This document shows, piece by piece, positions 16,350 to 24,820 of a stretch of 39,778 nucleotides of DNA. The notes beneath the pieces are model-generated. The model saw only the letters and a program-made list of their open reading frames with translations, searched no databases and was not told where the DNA came from. Source of the DNA: a bacterium. Lineage in GTDB: Bacteria > Patescibacteriota > Saccharimonadia > Saccharimonadales > UBA4665. Made by a program: the position numbers and the translations under genes. Location: contig RGVC01000001.1 in the NCBI GenBank assembly GCA_010027485.1, forward strand, positions 1 through 39,778. The letters run 5' to 3'. How positions within the stretch are numbered: position 1 is the first letter of the stretch; every line of letters begins with the position of its first letter.

Positions 16350-17624
16350 TTATTTATCAAGTGGCTTTGCAGTCGGTTTAATAGTATTAGGAGAGTTCAA
16401 ATCCGCGGCTTGCTGTGAGCTAAGCCTGGGTAGGTTTATGAAGAAGGTGCTACCTTTGTCGACTTCACTTTCGACCCAAATGCGCCCTTTGTATAGCTCA
16501 ATAATTTTTTTACATATAAAAAGGCCCAGGCCTGAACCGCCGATTGTACGTGTGGCCGTGCTATCAACGCGATAGAATTTTTGAAAAAGATGGCTAGCAT
16601 CTCCTTCAGGAATGCCGACTCCAGTATCCTTAATGTAAAATTGCACAACCTTGTCGTTACCGGTTAGTCCTATGGTGATCTTACCCTGATTTGTGTACTT
16701 CATGGCGTTATCATAGATGTTATTTATAACCTGTTCTATGCGTTCGGGGTCAGCATAGACATAATAAAAAGGTTTAAGCATTTGACCATTCTCAGATGTA
16801 GCATTTATTAGAGTGCTAGAGCCAATAACAAATTCAGTCAGCAGATTCTTTTTTTGACCAATAATCTTGAGGCCATCGGTTAGTTTTTCCAGTGTTTCAC
16901 CCATATCAATTACTACCGGATTGTCTACCAGGCTTCCATCCTCAGCCCGTGTACTGGTCAATAAGTCTTGGAATAATTTACCAAGATGACGAGTCGAAGC
17001 ATAAGCTTTGTCAATAAAGCCTCTGGCTTTTTCATCTATGGTGGCTACTTTTTCATTTAGTGCTAGCGATAAATACCCTTCTATTTCTGCAACTGGTGTA
17101 CGCATTTCGTGGCTAGCGGTACTGACGAAATCTTTTCTTTGTTGGTCCTGTGCTCTTTCTTGAGTTACGTCACGAAAAACAGCTACGGCTGCAGTTGTAG
17201 CGCCTGCTTCATTTATAATCGGCGATAGGCTCAAACTAACTGCGACCTGAGACTTGCTTCGAGACATTATGTAGTCCTCGTTGTCTCTTATAGGATTGTT
17301 AGACTTGAGAATTTTCATTAATGGATTATCGGCGTCTGCATAAGCTTCACCCTTACCATTTACTAGCTGAACAACCTGTTTAACGTTTATTCCTACTGCA
17401 TCTTTGGTATTCCAGCCAGTTATTTTTTCTGCCGAAGGACTAAGCAGCTTGAGTGTGCCTTGGCTATCAAAAAGTACCACTCCATCTTCGATATTTTGAA
17501 TGATAATTTCGAAGGGTTTTTGATCCATAGCAAGATCACCTGCTGGAGCAGACTGTGAATCTATTTTTTTCTTTTTATTAAATCCAAACATGATAAATGA
17601 TTTAGGCCCACCAATATTTATCAA
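16350..17624 (-). CDS. Soluble PAS-domain sensor histidine kinase
   Basis: PAS-like N-terminal half, HisKA H-box (FVSTASHEMRTPV) and HATPase_c N/G boxes (NAMKYT, DTGVGI, GGSGLGL). No TM segment is present. The ORF-track start is TTG at 17624, with an alternative ATG at 17591. Confidence 0.88.
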   Translation of the reverse strand: MINIGGPKSFIMFGFNKKKKIDSQSAPAGDLAMDQKPFEIIIQNIEDGVVLFDSQGTLKLLSPSAEKITGWNTKDAVGINVKQVVQLVNGKGEAYADADNPLMKILKSNNPIRDNEDYIMSRSKSQVAVSLSLSPIINEAGATTAAVAVFRDVTQERAQDQQRKDFVSTASHEMRTPVAEIEGYLSLALNEKVATIDEKARGFIDKAYASTRHLGKLFQDLLTSTRAEDGSLVDNPVVIDMGETLEKLTDGLKIIGQKKNLLTEFVIGSSTLINATSENGQMLKPFYYVYADPERIEQVINNIYDNAMKYTNQGKITIGLTGNDKVVQFYIKDTGVGIPEGDASHLFQKFYRVDSTATRTIGGSGLGLFICKKIIELYKGRIWVESEVDKGSTFFINLPRLSSQQAADLNSPNTIKPTAKPLDK

Positions 17625-17748
17625 CTATTAAAAGACCTAATAATATTATCGCTGTTATCTGCAGTTTATGCAACGCTTATGCTTGCTGGCCAATCTAGAC
17701 GACAATTAACAGATATGATAAGATAACGCGGCTATATTTCAACAGCAT

Positions 17749-17823
17749 GGCCTCATCGTCTAACGGTTAGGACACCAGGTTCTCATCCTGGCAATCGGGG
17801 TTCGATTCCCCGTGAGGTCACCA
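17749..17823 (+). tRNA. tRNA-Glu (anticodon CUC), CCA encoded
   Basis: A manual cloverleaf fits. The acceptor is GGCCTCA/TGAGGTC with one G-U. The anticodon stem CCAGG/CCTGG carries loop TTCTCAT. The T-arm is CGGGG-TTCGATT-CCCCG, the discriminator is A and CCA follows, for 75 nt in total. Confidence 0.9.
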
Positions 17824-17860
17824 AGTAATAAGTCCACCAATCGGTGGACTTATTACTTGG
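17821..17860. repeat. Perfect 18-bp inverted repeat (4-nt loop) starting at the tRNA CCA end
   Basis: CCAAGTAATAAGTCCACC-aatc-GGTGGACTTATTACTTGG. No U-tract follows on either strand, so it is not a canonical terminator. Confidence 0.7.
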
Positions 17861-17892
17861 ATATAGCTCAAGTCGAATCGAAAACCGTCAAA

Positions 17893-17976
17893 GGGGTTCG
17901 ATAATCGAGGGCTATCGCAGGTGCTCGCACCGAGAAAGGCCGAAGATTATACAAAGTATTCCCCATGAGGTCACCA
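17893..17976 (+). pseudogene. Split duplicate of the tRNA-Glu 3' end (T-arm plus acceptor 3' strand plus CCA), no 5' half
   Basis: GGGGTTCGAT (17893-17902) and ATTCCCCATGAGGTCACCA (17958-17976) match 17797-17823 of the intact gene but are separated by about 55 nt. The downstream CCAGCCGGTGGA also echoes the CCACCAATCGGTGGA of the hairpin. Confidence 0.6.
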
Positions 17977-18003
17977 TAACTAATTTACCAGCCGGTGGAT
18001 TTT

Positions 18004-18681
18004 TTAATTTAGGGGTTTGAAGGTGTAGCCTTTTTTGGATAGGGCTTCTACTGTGAGTTTGAGGGCTTCGACGGTTTGGCGGCGGTTGGCGCCTTTGGAG
18101 TTGTAGCCGTCGTGGAAGATTATGATTTGGCCAGGTTGGGCTTTTTTGATTGCACCTTCGGCAATTTGTTGGGCGTCTATTTTAAAAACCTCTAATGAGT
18201 GGCAGAAGACTCCAGATACTGGTTTCAGCCCGAATTTTTTAATGCTACGTAGCAGTATTGGGTTTCTAAAAAGCCATGGGGGTCTGAAAAGTTTAGGTTC
18301 TTCGCCAGTTATTCTTTTGATGATTGCTTGATTGTCTTGTATCTCTTTTTGCATGGCTGGAGTTTTAACGTAGTTAAAAAATTTATGAGACTTTGTGTGA
18401 TTACCAATCGAGTGCCCGGAGTCGTGTATTTTTTTGATTGTTTTAGGGTATTTATTCGCACACTCACCTACTACAAAGAAAGTGGCTTTGATTTTTTTGG
18501 AGTTCAGGTAGTCGATAATTTCGGATGTGTAAGGTTCGTTGGGTCCATCGTCGAAGGTCAAGTAAATAATCTTTTCATCAGTTTTTATTCTACTTGGAAA
18601 TTTGCCAAATAACTGAGAGCTAGGCGACATAAAAAGATAATAAAGAGCTAGTAATACTGCAATTAATATTAAGTAAATCAT
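18004..18681 (-). CDS. Polysaccharide deacetylase (NodB-homology, CE4 family)
   Basis: N-terminal TM, then LTFDDGPNEPYT and the HSIGNHTKSH metal/His motifs. Confidence 0.88.
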   Translation of the reverse strand: MIYLILIAVLLALYYLFMSPSSQLFGKFPSRIKTDEKIIYLTFDDGPNEPYTSEIIDYLNSKKIKATFFVVGECANKYPKTIKKIHDSGHSIGNHTKSHKFFNYVKTPAMQKEIQDNQAIIKRITGEEPKLFRPPWLFRNPILLRSIKKFGLKPVSGVFCHSLEVFKIDAQQIAEGAIKKAQPGQIIIFHDGYNSKGANRRQTVEALKLTVEALSKKGYTFKPLN

Positions 18682-19514
18682 CGGCTTTTTTTGGCTGCGC
18701 TTTGCCTATATTCGTTGGCTCGATCAGAAATAATCTTGGCGCTAGATTTTATGTTTTTAGGAATTTTAAATAAAACGTTTTCTCTATAAGCTGGAGCTGA
18801 GCCAATAATTTCTCTTTTGAAGATACGATTGACATAGTATGCCAATAAATAATAGTAGCCAAAAGTGACAAACAAGTTATACCAAAGGCCGTGGTCTAGT
18901 CTTCTGGAAGAAGTATAAACGAAGTAGTTATTGCTAAAAATAATTTTGCCTTTTTTGCGTAATTTTCTGAGTAAATCAAGTTCGTCTCCGCCCTGTGGCA
19001 GTTCGGTATTATATTTTGTCCAGGTATTTTTCTTGAAGGCAGTATTGGTTGCCGTAATGTAAAATGTGAAACCAGTTAGCTTATAAAGAATGTAGACTGC
19101 TCCAAATAGTAAATGAGGGTAATATTCCCCCCACCACGGAGCATCAACAAACCTACAGGGTGCACAAGCAGCTACAGCATTAGGATTTTTTATAAACCTT
19201 GAATCGATATTAGCAAGCCAGTTTTTATCAAATGTAGTGTCGGCGTCTGTTGAGATTATGATTTCTCCATTTGAGGCTTCGGTTCCTGCTTGTCTTGCCC
19301 AGCAAACACCAGGCCTAGACTCTTTTACTATTTTGGCCCCGTATTTTTTGGCTATGGTAGCCGTGTTATCGGTAGAATTATTGTCCACAACTATAACTTC
19401 AAAATCACCCGTAAAATCTTGCTGATTGATTGATTTTAGGGTTTTAGCTATATATTTTTCTTCGTTGTAGCATGGGATAACAATACTAAATCGCACTGCT
19501 CTCGTGTTGGGCAT
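18678..19514 (-). CDS. Family 2 glycosyltransferase
   Basis: FSIVIPCYNEE, VVDNNSTD and STDADT (DxD-type) motifs. A 4-nt overlap with the downstream deacetylase gene implies an operon. Confidence 0.88.
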   Translation of the reverse strand: MPNTRAVRFSIVIPCYNEEKYIAKTLKSINQQDFTGDFEVIVVDNNSTDNTATIAKKYGAKIVKESRPGVCWARQAGTEASNGEIIISTDADTTFDKNWLANIDSRFIKNPNAVAACAPCRFVDAPWWGEYYPHLLFGAVYILYKLTGFTFYITATNTAFKKNTWTKYNTELPQGGDELDLLRKLRKKGKIIFSNNYFVYTSSRRLDHGLWYNLFVTFGYYYLLAYYVNRIFKREIIGSAPAYRENVLFKIPKNIKSSAKIISDRANEYRQSAAKKSR

Positions 19515-19548
19515 TATATTATTTTATCAAATATCAAGTTATTTTGTG

Positions 19549-20790
19549 TTACGGAGAATATTTAATCTTTGTATTGTCGCTTAGTGCAGTAATCCAGGTC
19601 TTGCCAGGATTGAGTTTGATAGGCTGATCTTTATCGTCTTTAAAAGTGAATTGATCTTGGTTATTTTCTTTTGTCCAAGCACCAATTGTAACTTTGCCGT
19701 CTTGGAATATGTAGGCCTGTCCTGTACCAAGAGTTTCGTAGACTGAGTGTTTTCGATCAGACTCTAAAGAGTAAGGCATTACAAGGCCTATTACAACTTG
19801 GGGATTAATTTGTTTATTAACCAAAGCGTCCGTATGGGGTTGCCCGCCTTCACTGCGTTTATAGCTATTAGATTTGGCATCATATATATAGTTGACGTTG
19901 AATATTGCAGACGATATTGCGAAATCAATATTTTTAGCAGTCGGCACTTTGGCTGGTGCTGGTTTTTTGCGTTCTAAACTTGTGAAGCTACTTGTCCCCC
20001 ACCCTTTAGAGTCAGCCAATGCGCTAAGACTGGCATAACTGCTGTAGACATTGTGTGGTGCAATTTTGGTGTTGACTCGTCTGTAACTATTGCCGTTAGC
20101 GAATTGATCTAAATCTCGGACTTGCCAATTTTTAATATCATTCAATGCAGTTGGACTACCACCAACATGAGCGTAGCTGGCGTCGAAGCCCAGTAGCCAC
20201 TGAGCGTAATATGGCCTTGCGCTCCTTATGGGTCCAATGTCTTCAGGCTGAGTATCTTGAAATAATGCTAGAAAACGAGTTATGCCGCCTTCTGCAATGG
20301 CTTCAAACACTACACTGGCGTCATATAATCCACTCTGCGGTCTGGCGTCTTGGCTGTTTTCTATCATTACGCCTATAACGGGTCGTTTGTTGACTGCTGG
20401 CTCGACCATTAGTCCGCTTAAGTTAGAAGCAACTTTTGTTGATTTGGCATGCACAGGCAACTTGACTGGCTCTTTTTTTACGAACTTCATATAAGCAAAA
20501 TAGCTTCCGAGGGCTAGTAACAATATCAATAAGATTGTCAGGGCCCACTCTTTTTTATTTTTAGGCCAACGTAAGTTAAACTTCTTCTTTTTCTTAGGTT
20601 TTTTCTTGAGCACATCATCTCCTATTGGTGAATTAATTTCGGCTTCGTCAAGTGCCGCCATTTGATCTGGCGTAAGAAAGCTTTCAGCATCGGATAATTC
20701 TAGAGTGTCTTCAATAGGCTCGGTAGTTGCTTCGACTTTTGGAATGATTTTTTTTGGTGCTTTTTTGCGAGGCTTAACATCATCAATCAT
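19549..20790 (-). CDS. Membrane-anchored DUF3048 (YerB-like) protein
   Basis: Lys-rich N-terminus, a TM (WALTILLILLLALGSYFAYM), then the DUF3048-type block RPVIGVMIENSQDARPQSGL..VFEAIAEGGITRFLALF. Confidence 0.75.
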   Translation of the reverse strand: MIDDVKPRKKAPKKIIPKVEATTEPIEDTLELSDAESFLTPDQMAALDEAEINSPIGDDVLKKKPKKKKKFNLRWPKNKKEWALTILLILLLALGSYFAYMKFVKKEPVKLPVHAKSTKVASNLSGLMVEPAVNKRPVIGVMIENSQDARPQSGLYDASVVFEAIAEGGITRFLALFQDTQPEDIGPIRSARPYYAQWLLGFDASYAHVGGSPTALNDIKNWQVRDLDQFANGNSYRRVNTKIAPHNVYSSYASLSALADSKGWGTSSFTSLERKKPAPAKVPTAKNIDFAISSAIFNVNYIYDAKSNSYKRSEGGQPHTDALVNKQINPQVVIGLVMPYSLESDRKHSVYETLGTGQAYIFQDGKVTIGAWTKENNQDQFTFKDDKDQPIKLNPGKTWITALSDNTKIKYSP

Positions 20791-20822
20791 TCAACTATTA
20801 TAACAATGCTTATGCATAAGGT

Positions 20823-22265
20823 CTAACCTATTGCATTTAGCTGCTCATTTATGCGTTTTAGGCACTTGTCTTTACCCAGCAAAGACATAGTTTCGGCAAG
20901 CCCTGGGCTGGCTGGACTCTGAGTAGTAGCTATCCTTATCAGACTGAATAGAACAACTGGCTTTTGCTCTGTTGTTGCTAGCAGTTCATTAAGACTTGCC
21001 TGTAATTTATCGGTCTCAAAATCTGTCGACTCTATTTTAGCTAGCGCAGTTTGCAGTAGTTGGGTTAATTCTTGAGTAGGCATTTTGCCAAGCTGTTTGT
21101 GGCCACTTAGAAGTTCTGGATTGAGCGGCAAATCAAAAAAGAAAAAGTCAGTGAGTTCTGGTAGTTCTTCAAAAAATTTTAGCCTTTCTTGTACAAGAGT
21201 AAGCACTCTTTTCTTGTAGTCATCATTATCTAGTTTTTCTGGTATGTTTTTCGGCCAGTAGCTAGCAACTTTTTCATATAGGGTATCGATGTCTAGCTCT
21301 CTGATGTGGGCTCCATTGAGCCACAACAGGCGACGTTCATCAAAATGAGCATTACTATTTTGCACTTTATCTAGACTAAATTTATCTATAATTTCTGGCA
21401 CACTGTAAACTTCTTGTTCAGTACCATCGTTCCACCCAAGACTAGCCAGAAAATTAATCATGGCATCTTTCAGATAGCCTTCTTTTTGATAATTTAAAAT
21501 GTCTTTAGCGCCATCTCTTTTTGAAAGTTTCTTGTTGCCAGTAGGGTTTAAGATGTGAGGCATTGTAGCAAAAACTGGTTTTTCAAAACCCAAGGCCTCA
21601 TAAAGATTTAAATAATTAGGCATACTTGCCAAAAATTCTTGCCCGCGAATTACATGGCTTATTTGCATTTCATGGTCGTCAACAATATGAGCGAAGTTAT
21701 ATGTCGGGAAACCATCCGATTTGATTAAAATAAAATCATCTATTACTTCTGGTCCTGCATGCATGTCGCCCATAACTTCATCATGCCAGTTAATTGTTTC
21801 GTTGCCCGGCTCAGACTTGAACCTTAGAGGCGTTGTGCCGTCCCATGGTTTCGGATTATCTGGTCGATGGTTGCGATACAGGAATGCCTGTTTATTGGCT
21901 CTAGCCTGATCTCTAAAAGATTGAACTTCCTCGGCGCTGTAGGGATCGGCATAGGCCCTGCCCGCTTGAATTAATTTATCAGCCCATCTTTTATAAATGT
22001 CGAGTCTCTGACTTTGAACGTAAGGGCCATAGTCGCCACCGGTTCCAGGTCCTTCGTCCCATTCTATCCCCAGCCAACGGAGACTGTCTTGGATGTGTTC
22101 AATACTACCACTTACCTCTCTGGTTTGATCAGTGTCTTCAATGCGCAATATAAACTTGCCATTATTTTGTTTAGCCACTAGCCATGCAAAAAGTGCAGTT
22201 CTAATTCCGCCAACATGAATAAATCCAGTTGGACTTGGCGCAAAACGTGTTCTAATGGCTTTCAT
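20823..22265 (-). CDS. gltX: Glutamyl-tRNA synthetase
   Basis: RTRFAPSPTGFIHVGG (HIGH-type) and KLSKRDG (KMSKS-type) signatures with class I GluRS layout. Confidence 0.95.
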   Translation of the reverse strand: MKAIRTRFAPSPTGFIHVGGIRTALFAWLVAKQNNGKFILRIEDTDQTREVSGSIEHIQDSLRWLGIEWDEGPGTGGDYGPYVQSQRLDIYKRWADKLIQAGRAYADPYSAEEVQSFRDQARANKQAFLYRNHRPDNPKPWDGTTPLRFKSEPGNETINWHDEVMGDMHAGPEVIDDFILIKSDGFPTYNFAHIVDDHEMQISHVIRGQEFLASMPNYLNLYEALGFEKPVFATMPHILNPTGNKKLSKRDGAKDILNYQKEGYLKDAMINFLASLGWNDGTEQEVYSVPEIIDKFSLDKVQNSNAHFDERRLLWLNGAHIRELDIDTLYEKVASYWPKNIPEKLDNDDYKKRVLTLVQERLKFFEELPELTDFFFFDLPLNPELLSGHKQLGKMPTQELTQLLQTALAKIESTDFETDKLQASLNELLATTEQKPVVLFSLIRIATTQSPASPGLAETMSLLGKDKCLKRINEQLNAIG

Positions 22266-22298
22266 TAAAGTAATTATAAGAGAAGTTGCCGATAGTTG

Positions 22299-23255
22299 CT
22301 ATAGACTGTCGACTATTTGCGTAATTTGACGATTAGATAAAGTGCCTTTGGAGTATATCTCGTATTGAACGCCATTGTTCATCCAGGTAGCGTTACCGTT
22401 GCTATCAATGAATACATTGTAGCCTCCAGGGGTAACGATTTGATTACTGTCTGTCGATGCAGCTAGTACACCACTAAGAGTCTCATTGTTCCAATTGCTT
22501 AATTTCTGATTGATAGTAAATTTACGATCATCGCTGTTGCTTTTATACACCAAACTGGCGTTACCAGCATCAGAATTGATTTTTTGTAATGAAAAACCTG
22601 CTGGACGATAGCTCGGTTTTGCTATGTTGAAACCAGCCTTATTTGAGGCTATTTTGAGCTCAGCATGAGGCACTAAACTGACTGCCAGAATGGCTATTAT
22701 TGCTATGCCTGCGACTATCAAACTAGTTTTAGTTCCAAGAATTTTAAAAGATTTTTGACTATTAGGCTCGTAAGTATTTTCATGAGCATTAGCACGAGCT
22801 ATGGCGTGCATCAATAAGTCCTCGGTTGTTCTCGGCTGTTTTTTTAGCTTTTGAGGGGGTTGTTCGTTTTGTATTGGCGCTGGTTGCTGGTAATTAGAGG
22901 CTAACGGGGAAAATTTACTAACTTTGTCGTGTTTTAATGTTTGAGTGGCAGAATGTAGACGTGTTTCATTGATGCTTTGTGCTGATAATTTTTTTTGCAA
23001 TGTATTTTGTTTTGCTATAGGGAGGCTTTTATTAAAATTAGTAGTTTTTTGAGTATTAGAAGGTTTTTTAACAGCTTTACGCATAAGAGTCTTAGATTGT
23101 TGTCTTTTGTGGGCGTCTAGATGCCTTGCCTGCTCTCGGGCCTGTTTAATTCGAGCCTCAACAACGGTTTTTTCTATTTTGGGACCACTGATTAATTCAC
23201 CCGTTAGGGAGTCATAAAAGCTGTTATTGATTTTTAGGATATTTTTCTGTGTCAC
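22299..23255 (-). CDS. Hypothetical bitopic membrane protein: basic/Gln-rich cytoplasmic N-terminal half, one TM, small extracytoplasmic beta-rich domain (DUF4367-like?)
   Basis: The TM is LIVAGIAIIAILAVSLV. The C-terminal roughly 110 aa (..ATWMNNGVQYEIYSKGTLSNRQITQIVDSL) resembles domains found on anti-sigma-type proteins. This is a weak assignment made by eye. Confidence 0.55.
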   Translation of the reverse strand: MTQKNILKINNSFYDSLTGELISGPKIEKTVVEARIKQAREQARHLDAHKRQQSKTLMRKAVKKPSNTQKTTNFNKSLPIAKQNTLQKKLSAQSINETRLHSATQTLKHDKVSKFSPLASNYQQPAPIQNEQPPQKLKKQPRTTEDLLMHAIARANAHENTYEPNSQKSFKILGTKTSLIVAGIAIIAILAVSLVPHAELKIASNKAGFNIAKPSYRPAGFSLQKINSDAGNASLVYKSNSDDRKFTINQKLSNWNNETLSGVLAASTDSNQIVTPGGYNVFIDSNGNATWMNNGVQYEIYSKGTLSNRQITQIVDSL

Positions 23256-23344
23256 GGTTTTATATTTTTAATGCTTATTTATAGTTTAATCTTAAACATT
23301 ATTGCAGATAAGAGCAAGTACCCCCATAATATAAAAGGTTAAAT

Positions 23345-24820
23345 ATGGATTATTTAGACCCTCATAAACAAGCCAGAGAAAACGTCCTGCTTATAGTAGG
23401 TTATTTCTTGATTGGCATAGCCGTACTAATCGGTACTTTCGTGCTTGTTTACCAAGCTTATGGTTTTGGATTTTCGAAAAATGGTCAAGTTGTTCAAAGT
23501 GGTTTGGTATTTTTCGCCTCAAAGCCTAATCCAGCTAAAATTTATTTGAACGGAACTCTAAACAACAACCAAACTAATTCGCGTATTGTGCTTGAAGAGA
23601 ATATTTATAATGTCGTTTTGAAGCGTCAAGGCTATCGTGACTGGAAAAGAACTATCGAAGTAGACGGCGGTAGCGTGAGACATTATGACTACCCTTTTCT
23701 TTTCCCCTCAAAATTACAGACTAATAATCTTCATGCTATTAGCGGTGCTCCAAGTATTATTACCCAATCCCCTGATAGGCGTTGGCTTTTAGTGCAATTG
23801 CCCGGGAATATTCCTAAATTTTCGATGTATGATCTTAAGAATCCCAAAGATCCAGCAGTTGAGATTGCCCTGCCAGCGACTTCATATACTAAGGCCATTG
23901 GCGCTGACACTTGGGAGCTTAGTGAATGGGCTGACGACAATAATCATTTAGTTCTAATTCATAATTTCAATAATAAAAAAGAATATGTTTTAGTAGATCG
24001 CAAGGACACCGCCCAGTCAGCGAATTTAACTAGTGTAATAACCAATAAATTCACAGAGCTATCTTTAATCAACAAAAAATACGATAAATACTATCTATAT
24101 GACGCCGTTTCTCTTAGTCTAAAAAAAGCATCACTATCTAGTCCGGCTCCACTGACTGTACTAGATAAGGTCTATGCTTTTAAGTCTTATGGTAACGATG
24201 ACCTGATTTACGTTACTGATTCTGTGACTGAGCCAGGCAAGGTTCAATATGTTTTGAAAATTGGCGACAAGTCTCACGTGCTTAAAAATGCCGCAAGCGA
24301 CAGTAAGTATCTTGTCGATTTAACAGAGTATAGCAGTAAGCTTTACGTGGTCATTGGCTCAGTTAATAGTAATCGTCTATACGTCTTCAAAGATCCGGTG
24401 GCACAACTTGGCAGTACAAATAAGAATTCTTTAGCGCCCGTGCAGGTTTTGCATGTTGTAAAACCAAATTATGTTAAATTTTCAGCCACTGCGCAGTTTG
24501 TGATGGCCGAGAATGGCAATAAATTCGCCCTTTATGACGCTGAAAACAATAAAGGCTACAACTTTATTACAAAACAGCCGCTAGACACGCCTCAAGATCA
24601 CGCTAGTTGGATGGATGGTAATCGCCTGATGTACGTCAGCCAAGGCAAATTATTCGTATTTGATTACGATTACAACAATCAACAGCTACTAAGTCCTGCC
24701 CTAAGCAACTATTTGCCGGCTTTCTCTAGCGATTTTAAGTATCTATACACAATAATCAATACTAGTAATTCTGGCCTGTACTTTTCTCAGACTCCTATGC
24801 TTACAAAGGCCGATCAGTAG
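23345..24820 (+). CDS. Membrane-anchored PEGA-domain protein with a large beta-rich extracytoplasmic domain
   Basis: N-terminal TM (VLLIVGYFLIGIAVLIGTFVLVY). A PEGA-like segment follows (KIYLNGT..NVVLKRQGYRDWKRTIEV), and the remainder is a roughly 370-aa repeat-like beta-rich region. Confidence 0.7.
   Translation: MDYLDPHKQARENVLLIVGYFLIGIAVLIGTFVLVYQAYGFGFSKNGQVVQSGLVFFASKPNPAKIYLNGTLNNNQTNSRIVLEENIYNVVLKRQGYRDWKRTIEVDGGSVRHYDYPFLFPSKLQTNNLHAISGAPSIITQSPDRRWLLVQLPGNIPKFSMYDLKNPKDPAVEIALPATSYTKAIGADTWELSEWADDNNHLVLIHNFNNKKEYVLVDRKDTAQSANLTSVITNKFTELSLINKKYDKYYLYDAVSLSLKKASLSSPAPLTVLDKVYAFKSYGNDDLIYVTDSVTEPGKVQYVLKIGDKSHVLKNAASDSKYLVDLTEYSSKLYVVIGSVNSNRLYVFKDPVAQLGSTNKNSLAPVQVLHVVKPNYVKFSATAQFVMAENGNKFALYDAENNKGYNFITKQPLDTPQDHASWMDGNRLMYVSQGKLFVFDYDYNNQQLLSPALSNYLPAFSSDFKYLYTIINTSNSGLYFSQTPMLTKADQ

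Noticed and set aside
20809-20820. The 12-nt perfect palindrome CTTATGCATAAG between gltX and the DUF3048 gene.
   Set aside because: It is short, has no loop and so is not a terminator, and is expected by chance in AT-rich DNA. There is no second copy or other context.
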